Assembly: GCA_905250115.1 (NCBI GenBank)
Contig: CAJNOI010000092.1
Span: 304,789 to 321,955 of the forward strand
From: Adineta steineri
Lineage: Eukaryota
Length of the DNA stretch: 17,167 nt
Reading direction: 5' to 3'
The number at the start of each line of letters is the position of its first letter. Positions within the stretch are counted from its first letter, which is position 1. Below the pieces are notes generated by a model that was given only the letters and a program-made list of their open reading frames with translations, did no database searches and was not told where the DNA came from. A program made the position numbers and the translations under genes. This document shows, piece after piece, positions 10,300 to 17,167 of the stretch.

Positions 10300-11187
10300 G
10301 CAAGTTTATCATAATTTATATCTATTGGAGGTGGAACTGTATCAATTGTTGCGTACCAGTTTATTTGTTTCTTTCTTTCTTTATTTCTATCACATTTCTT
10401 TTTATTCTGATTATCTCTTTCATGAATTACTTTGATCTTTTTTAAAGAACTTTTGCGATTACTATTTTACTTTTGTGTTTTATTATAACTATATGTACTC
10501 TTTCTTTTAGTCGTTTTTTTTGATGTTTTCGTTCTGTCATAGTATTTTTCTTTTCTCTATCGTTGAGGAGAAGAAGTCATGTGACATGATACATTTCTTG
10601 CCATAAATAATGTTGATTCTCTTTCATTTCCTCACGTACCACTGATATTATTGAGTATTTAAGGAGTGAATATTGTGAAGAGAAAAAGAGTAAAGAACAA
10701 AAAGAAGCGATAACAAACTCCTTGGTGATTTTGTGTCGAAAGTAAAATGTGCTTACTTTCAGTAATATTTTATATAATTATAATAGTTTCAAGTTGAAAC
10801 TGTAATACTTTCTCCATTTTAATTTCTGATTTAGTGTATGAAAATAAAGATCTTTCACCTAGTTTCATAGTCAAATCTCTCATGCTCAAACCAGTTTTCA
10901 ATAAAGTGATATAAATTTTTCATTTTATGATTTAATTCATGAGGTACATAGTAATTTACAAAACGTTTTGAAATTACAAGATGAACTTAAGAGGACAGAA
11001 TGAGTTTTTTTCCTTCTTAAATTGATAAAAGTTTCCAACATACACCTTTAGATAAGAAATTGACTATATATTGATACTCATGTATATCAGACTTCAATGC
11101 ATTGGATGTTTTATATAACATATTTCGTTTGTTATTGTTTTATTCTAGACAAAGATTTTTCTTTGAAAGATATTCTGTCTAAAGATA

Positions 11188-11241
11188 TTCGTCGAAAGAT
11201 TTTTCGACACAGTATCCTTAGATAAAATATCTTTCGACGAA
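11188..11241. repeat. small inverted repeat (cgtcgaaagat / atctttcgacg)
   Basis: ttcgtcgaaagatttttcgac ... aaaatatctttcgacgaaaa, with an inner short palindrome gtcgaaa-gatt-tttcgac. Confidence 0.5.
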
Positions 11242-11404
11242 AATTCATTCTATTAGCGGCGCCCTACCCTTTGATTCAAATATATCAGCACTGAAAACAA
11301 CGTTTTCCGTTTTGATTAATAAAAATGCTTATGTATATTGAATTCGTAGTGGATTATTATAAATGTTTAATCTCACAGTATCTTACGTTGTTTTTGCTTG
11401 TTCG

Positions 11405-11529
11405 AAGGTGTGAGTGCAGGTGTGGGTATCGATATGACTGTGGCTAAAAGAAGAGTAAAAACGCCACACCCACAGTCACGCCTACAATCAAATCCACACT
11501 CGCACATACACCCACCCATAACCTCACCC
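11405..11529. repeat. imperfect foldback of G-rich and C-rich telomere-like blocks
   Basis: Left gaaggtgtgagtgcaggtgtgggtatcgatatgactgtgg. Right ccacacccacagtcacgcctacaatcaaatccacactcgcacatacacccacccataacctcaccc. Confidence 0.55.
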
Positions 11530-11879
11530 ATAGCGATTTTTACTTTGCACATGGTTTCTTTCACTTCGCATAATGGATGCATATTTTGCATTGTAAATTC
11601 TCCGACAAACAGTCTGTATCTTCAACCAATGATAAAAAACATGCCCGCAGTTTTGGTGGTTGTGCAATTTATAGACGGTAGAAAAGAAAGAAAAAGTAAA
11701 AAATATTGACAATTTTGTGTTTCTTATCGTGTATACTTTTGAAAAAAAGAACAAGACCGACAGACGAAGGTAAGTCGCTGTGCGTTTGGACTTTTGAGTT
11801 TTCAAAATTTCTCGCAAAACTTTCGGACGGCCACTGGATGCCATAAATAAATTACAGAATAATTTAGTTTCTATAAAAA

Positions 11880-11934
11880 AGGGTCTGGGTGTGGGTAAGT
11901 GAAGGTAATTACACCAACACCCACACCCACCCGC
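11880..11934. repeat. short telomere-like foldback immediately upstream of the helicase-fusion start codon
   Basis: gggtctgggtgtgggtaagtgaaggtaattacaccaacacccacacccaccc. Confidence 0.65.
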
Positions 11935-11979
11935 CTTACATATATATCTAATCAAATAATTCTTTTCTTTTAGATAATT

Positions 11980-14900
11980 ATGGCGAGTGACACAGATAAT
12001 AAATATTTAAAACGATGTTTACAAAAAATAATTGAAGCAGTTAATAAAACAATCGATGCATTAGCAGTTATAAACCCAGTTAATTCACAAACGTTACCTT
12101 TGGATACTGATAATAATACATTTAGTTTAAATGAACAAGAAATTAAATTAATAGATGATCTTAAAACAACTATTGAAAATCTGTTAAATGAAAACTTATC
12201 ACGTTTATCTGGTATATGTCAAAAATATTTATTGAATTTTTTACATCAATATGAATATGATAGTCAAGAAAAAAAATTCAAAACTAATTTTAATCAAAGT
12301 ATTCTCTCTGCATTTCAACGTGATCTTCAAAGTATGTTAAGTTCAATTGATGCTTTTCCAGCTGCATGGAATGGAGATCTAGATATTGTTAAAACATTCA
12401 TTAAAAAATATCCAACTTTCAAAGATAAACCTGGACTTTGGGGAACAACATTATTATATTCTTCATCAAGAAATAATAAAATGAATGTTGTTCAATATCT
12501 TATTGAAACTGCTAAATGTTCTATAAATGCACAAAATGAACAAGATCTCGAAAAAGGTTTATTGACAACAACATCAACATCATCAAAACATATTAATGTT
12601 AATCCAACAGCGGCTTCGACTGCACTACATGGAGCGTGTTATAATGGGCATTTAAATGTTGTTAAATATTTAGTTGAACATGGAGCTGATTATTCAATTA
12701 AAAATCAAGCTGCAGAAACACCTATTATGAATGGAGAACGTCATAAACATATACAAGAATTTTTTCAAAATTTTCTTGTAGTAGGATATTCAAGAAGTTC
12801 AAAAAGTTTACCAAAAACAACAATTTTAGAAGAAAAAAAACAAGAAATTGTTGATTGTATTTGGGAATATAAACCATTTAAAGATGAAAAATGGTATCCA
12901 TTTTCATCTAGTGAAGCAAGTGAACTACATCAATCATTAATAGTTAAACCTGATAAGAAATTTAAACATGAGGTTTTTCTTAGGCTACGTACAACTGTTT
13001 ACAGTGTTTCAACAATTCAATTTTTACGCTCTGGAAAAGATAATAATCGTGAAAATAATTTAGCTTGGGTACGATGTCGTGGTTCATCTATTTTAAATTT
13101 TGATTGTTATGCTTTATGGCAAATAATGTTTACCAGACATACATCAGATAAATTAAAGTCATTTCCATCTTTGAAAATCTTAAATATTCCAACTATCTAT
13201 GATAGTCATTTTTATATAAAATTAAATGCTTGGTATAATTGTCATGCTGATACAAATACTCAATTAGATGATGCAATTAATTATAGAAAAAAATCTATTG
13301 AGTTACGTTTAGATTTTATTAGTGATGATCAATTAATATTTAATCTTGAAACATTTACATTTTCTAATCAAGAAGGTTCATTTCAAGGTTTTATTCGGTG
13401 GATACCAAAACTAATATCAAATAATGAAAAATATAAAAATAAACTTAAAAGTCTTTATAATTTTTCCACATTAACTAATTTAGATCCAATACCTCTTACG
13501 ACAGCACATCTTAAACAATTATCAGATAGAAAAAACCTGAATTCATCAAGTGAAAATAACAATGAAGATGATTATTCAACGCAAGATATTAACGAAGAAA
13601 ACTATAATTTAGATCAGAACGACGATAAGGTATATTTCATTTATATATATGCGCTTTTTTCTTAGATAATTATTTTAGTTAAAAACCAAGAGAATTTGTT
13701 TTGTAAATGCGTGATAACAGCTGACTATAGAATACGAAAGAGGGCGGAGTGTGAGTGTGGATGATTAAGTTAACATCCACACCCACACTCACCCTTTTTT
13801 GGCCTTATAACTATGCGATTTGCGAGCAACTGTCCTCTGAGTAACTATCCACACGAGCAACCATCTTGAGGCTGTGGGTGGAGGTAGGGGGGTTGGTGAA
13901 CGATGAGCACAGGGTGGTTTAAGCACAAATAAAATAAAAAAGTCTGATCTCCTATAACAGATCAATCTAGGGTGTGGGTGTGAGTGGGGTTTGTATGGAT
14001 GTATGTGTTAATTACAAAAAATATAATACTTACAGTCACACCCACACCTACATCGACCCAAACTCATGCCCACACTTATCTCCACACCGATTCCTACACC
14101 CACATCCACACCCTAGATTGATCTTTTATAAGAGATCAGACTTTCTTATTTTATTTATGCTTAACTTTCCTGTGCTCATCGTTCCGATCCCCGAGGTAAG
14201 GATGGATGTAGGCAGCTGCTGTTATTCTTTATATCCTCACGTCAATGTACCTCACACTCACACTCCTCTATATAATCAAGTAGAAAATAAAATTAAAAAA
14301 AAACTTTGATTACGAACGTATGTTCATTTAGACAAATAAATCACGTGATAATGCTTTATGGTGTGTTAATGATTCTAAAGGCACTGTACTTGGTAAGAAT
14401 AATATTTAAGAGAAAGAGAAATCATTATTATTAAGTTTAGATCCACAAGTAACCACAGATGATGATGTACAGAGTGTTAAAGACGAAAAAATTAATGACT
14501 ATCTTCGACAAACTGATGATAAATCTCACTCATCATCCGACAAACAATTTACCGAACGAATAAATTCATCAACAAATGTTTCTGCAATATCAGAAGAAGA
14601 ATTAAATAAATTTAAAAAAGAAAATGAACAAATTGCAGCTCGTCTTAAAGCTGCAAATGAAAAATCTTCTGAGCTAAAAAAATTACTTAAAGATAATCAA
14701 AATCAAAATCAAAATCAATTCAAAGAACTTTCTGAACAAATTGATAAATTAAATAAAGAACAAACAAATTTAAAGAGAAAAGAAGAAAATCTAAAGGAAA
14801 TAGAACGTCACATTAAAATAATTGATTATGAACGAATAGAAAAACATGTTGTACACGAATTTTTTACACCAAAATTTGCTTTGATCTTGAATTGTTTAAA

Positions 14901-17136
14901 AAGAACAAAGAACAAATACGATTATTATACAGATAAAATACCACAAATGATATTTACAGAAAAAAACAATTTATTTAATATTACCATAATAGGTTTTCAA
15001 GATCATCATCAAACATTTAAAGATATTTTAAAACAAATATTAAATTTATCAAGTCTTACACAACGAGCCAAGGAATATTATCAACGACAGCTCAATCGAT
15101 TTTTAAAATTAATAAACAATATATTAATTAAAATCCAATCCAAAACACAAAATTGGAAACAATATTCGAATTTTTTATTAGATTTATTAAAAGAAAAGAT
15201 TAAAGAATATTCGATCTTGTTCAATGATTTTATTTCTGAACAAGCTCGTGAAATAAGTGAAAAATTTATTTTAAATAATGCTATATCATCATGGAATGAA
15301 ATAACAAAACAAACCGAATTATTTATACAAAAAAATCCATTTGAAAATCAAATAGAATCTCTTAAACGTCAAGCATTGGAACAATTTATTACACAAAATA
15401 TATCTTTTCAACGTTTAAAACTTGAAAAAAAACCAAGTCAGAAATCAATTGAAATTTTAAAAGATTTTATTAAAAAAATTCAAAATTCTTTTGAAAAAGA
15501 ACAGAAATATATTGGATATCAACTGGAACAGTTTCGTTTAATCCCAGAATTATTAAAACGACTTATGACTTATTATTGTTGTTTTGCTACTCAATTACCT
15601 CTCTTTGAATCATCAAAAGATTTATTACGTCAAATTGAACAAAATACAGTGATTACCATTGCCACATCAACTGGATCAGGTTAGTTTACCTCTTTACTAA
15701 TCACCCATGTGGGTTTGGGTGTGGGTGGGTGTATTACACTAACCTTACGAGAATGTATCCTATTTCGCATTGTTGAACATTTGAGGAATCAGTTCCGCAT
15801 CGGAATCGATTCCGTTCAATTCCGGGAACTCGATCGATTTTCGAGTGGGTGTCGGATATTATGTATCGATCAAGTTCCCGGAATTGAACGGAATCGATTC
15901 CGGGAGGGAACTGGTTCCTAAAATGTTCAACATTGGGGAATAGGATGACTGCCGAACCTTACTCTGACACTCACACCCATACTCTTTACAGAGCTTGTCC
16001 AATATTAAGACTATTCTTCTTTTCTTTAGGAAAATCGACATTATTACCAGCTTTACTTGTTGCGGAAGGATATAGTAAAGTAATGGTAACTCAACCGCGT
16101 CGTTTACCTTGTAAATTAATTTCTCAACGTGTAAATGAAACTATGACAACTGATACAAATCCTAATTCAGATAAAATAGCTGGCTGGGCTATTAGTGGCG
16201 ACGAAGATAATCCTCGTGCTGAAATTCTTTATTTAACTGATGGTTTACTTAAAGAACGTTTACTTTACAATGAAAATTTTATTCCAGCTAATAGTTCGAT
16301 TGTTTTATTCATTGATGAAGTTCATGAACGTTCTGTTAATATTGATTTATGTTTAGCATTAATCGCGAGAATGCTATCTACAAAACAACAATCAATGAGT
16401 AAATTAAAAATTATTATTTCATCTGCTACACTTGATACATCAGTTCCAAATCTATTTAAAAAAATTCCACAAATTAAATTTTCAGAATTTACAATGCCTC
16501 TCATGGGTACTTTGTATCCTGTTACGAAATATCCTCGTCCAAATGAAAATATTTTAGATATTGTTCAAGAATTATATAAAAAACGACAAAGACATGATCA
16601 AATTTTATGTTTTGTTAATTCTGTATCAGAAGTTAATCAATGTGTTCGTTTATTAAGTGAAATAAGTCGTGGAACAATTATTGCTTATCCATTAGTACAA
16701 TCTCAACAAGCACAACAACAAGAATTATTTCTTGAACATGGAAGTGTTTTCTTTTCAACAACTGTTGCTGAAACATCTTTAACATTTCCTTCATTAAAAT
16801 ATGTTATTGATACAGGAATGATTAATATTCCTGTTTATGATTTAGATTCTGAACGAACAATTCTAAAAGAAGTTCGAGCAGCTGAATCAACTATTAAACA
16901 ACGTCTTGGACGTTTAGGTAGAACAAGACCTGGAGAATATTATGCACTATATGATTTTGATGTTAAACAAAAACAATTTCCAACAGCACAAATATGTCAA
17001 TCGGATTTAGTTAATATTGAATTTACATTAACAAAATCACCATTAAAACAAGGATTAAATTATTTAAAACAATATTTACCCGATAAACCATCACAACAAG
17101 CTATTAATTTAACCATTCAAGAGTTAATTCAATTTA
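11980..17136 (+). CDS. Ankyrin-repeat / WWE-like / coiled-coil / DEAH-box helicase fusion protein (3' end beyond window)
   Basis: Exons are 11980-13629, 14332-14392, 14441-15679 and 16030-17136, with introns 13630-14331, 14393-14440 (48 bp) and 15680-16029. All GT/AG phases are consistent. Landmarks are ankyrin-like TAASTALHGACYNGHLNVVKYLVEHGADYSIKNQAAETPIMNG; WWE-like CIWEYKPFKDEKWYPFSSSEASELHQSL...; a Lys/Glu-rich coiled coil; Walker A TSTGSG|KST; TQPRR; DEVH box LFIDEVHERS; motif III SAT; and motif VI QRLGRLGR. The ORF would stop at 17153, but a strong donor (caattta|gtaagt) at 17137 suggests splicing onward. An acceptor-like ttcttttcttttag just before the ATG suggests a 5'UTR intron. Confidence 0.83.
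13741..13795. repeat. telomere-like short hairpin in intron
   Basis: agggcggagtgtgagtgtggatg-attaagttaa-catccacacccacactcaccct. Arms are about 22 bp, complementary except for about 2 differences. Confidence 0.8.
13899..14183. repeat. intronic foldback element with about 85-bp inverted arms enclosing G-rich/C-rich tracts
   Basis: Left aacgatgagcacagggtggtttaagcacaaataaaataaaaaagtctgatctcctataacagatcaatctagggtgtgggtgtgagtg. The reverse complement of the right end is aacgatgagcacaggaaagttaagcataaataaaataagaaagtctgatctcttataaaagatcaatctagggtgtggatgtgggtgt. Confidence 0.88.
15705..15985. repeat. intronic foldback element with about 82-bp arms and telomere-like outer tracts
   Basis: Arm 15757-15838 (atcctatttcgcattgttgaacatttgaggaatcagttccgcatcggaatcgattccgttcaattccgggaactcgatcgat) pairs with 15865-15947. 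The loop is about 26 bp. The outer left flank is gtgggtttgggtgtgggtgggtgt and the outer right flank is gacactcacacccatactc. Confidence 0.85.
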
Positions 17137-17167
17137 GTAAGTCACTTTCATAATACTTCAGCGATAT

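Noticed and set aside
11373-11955. ORFs 11373-11591 (-), 11398-11709 (+) and 11524-11955 (-)
   Set aside because: These are open because of GT-rich and CA-rich tracts (CGCECGFDC..., PHPQSRLQSNPHSHIHPP). They have no domain and conflict with the 5'UTR/intron interpretation.
13974-14309. 111-aa + strand ORF
   Set aside because: Translation is dominated by HTHTHT/HPHPHP low-complexity from the GT/CA-rich foldback element. It lies in an intron and has no domain.
14281-14392. Possible pseudogene frameshift where the helicase frame hits a stop at about 14408
   Set aside because: A 48-bp GT/AG intron (14393-14440) restores the frame into the coiled-coil ORF.
15709-16041. ORFs 15709-15921 (+) and 15859-16041 (-)
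   Set aside because: Both fall in the intronic inverted repeat and merely reflect its two arms.
17137-17153. TAA stop at 17151-17153 as the true end of the helicase gene
   Set aside because: A strong GTAAGT donor at 17137 and the absence of HA2/C-terminal regions expected after a DEAH core make continuation more likely, though a genuine stop cannot be excluded.
1-17167. CRISPR array, tRNA or rRNA
   Set aside because: No regularly spaced direct repeats and no recognisable tRNA or rRNA sequence were seen by eye.

Overview
This is a eukaryotic, intron-containing window. The family content, compact introns and TGTGGG-like repeats make a bdelloid rotifer the likely source (inference). Six protein-coding loci are supported. 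(1) A 3'-truncated, intronless minus-strand ART/TPR-type ADP-ribosyltransferase (1-1365). (2) A two-exon, membrane-anchored cupin-fold protein (3022-3791). (3) An intronless minus-strand seven-transmembrane receptor (3994-4983). (4) A five-exon stefin/cystatin-like gene with a degenerate QxVxG loop (6203-6850). (5) A multi-exon minus-strand NHL-repeat beta-propeller gene with a transmembrane segment (7194 to about 9174). (6) A large ankyrin / WWE-like / coiled-coil / DEAH-box helicase fusion (11980 to beyond about 17136) that has the splice donor GTAAGT just before the window end. A decayed NHL fragment lies at about 9841-10205. The most unusual structural signal is a recurring set of G-rich (TGTGGG-like) and C-rich blocks, many arranged as short or long foldback elements. 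At least three of them lie inside introns of the helicase gene, including the intron that splits the Walker A motif. A separate AT-rich foldback with about 65-bp arms is at 2162-2374. No tRNA, rRNA or CRISPR array was recognised.
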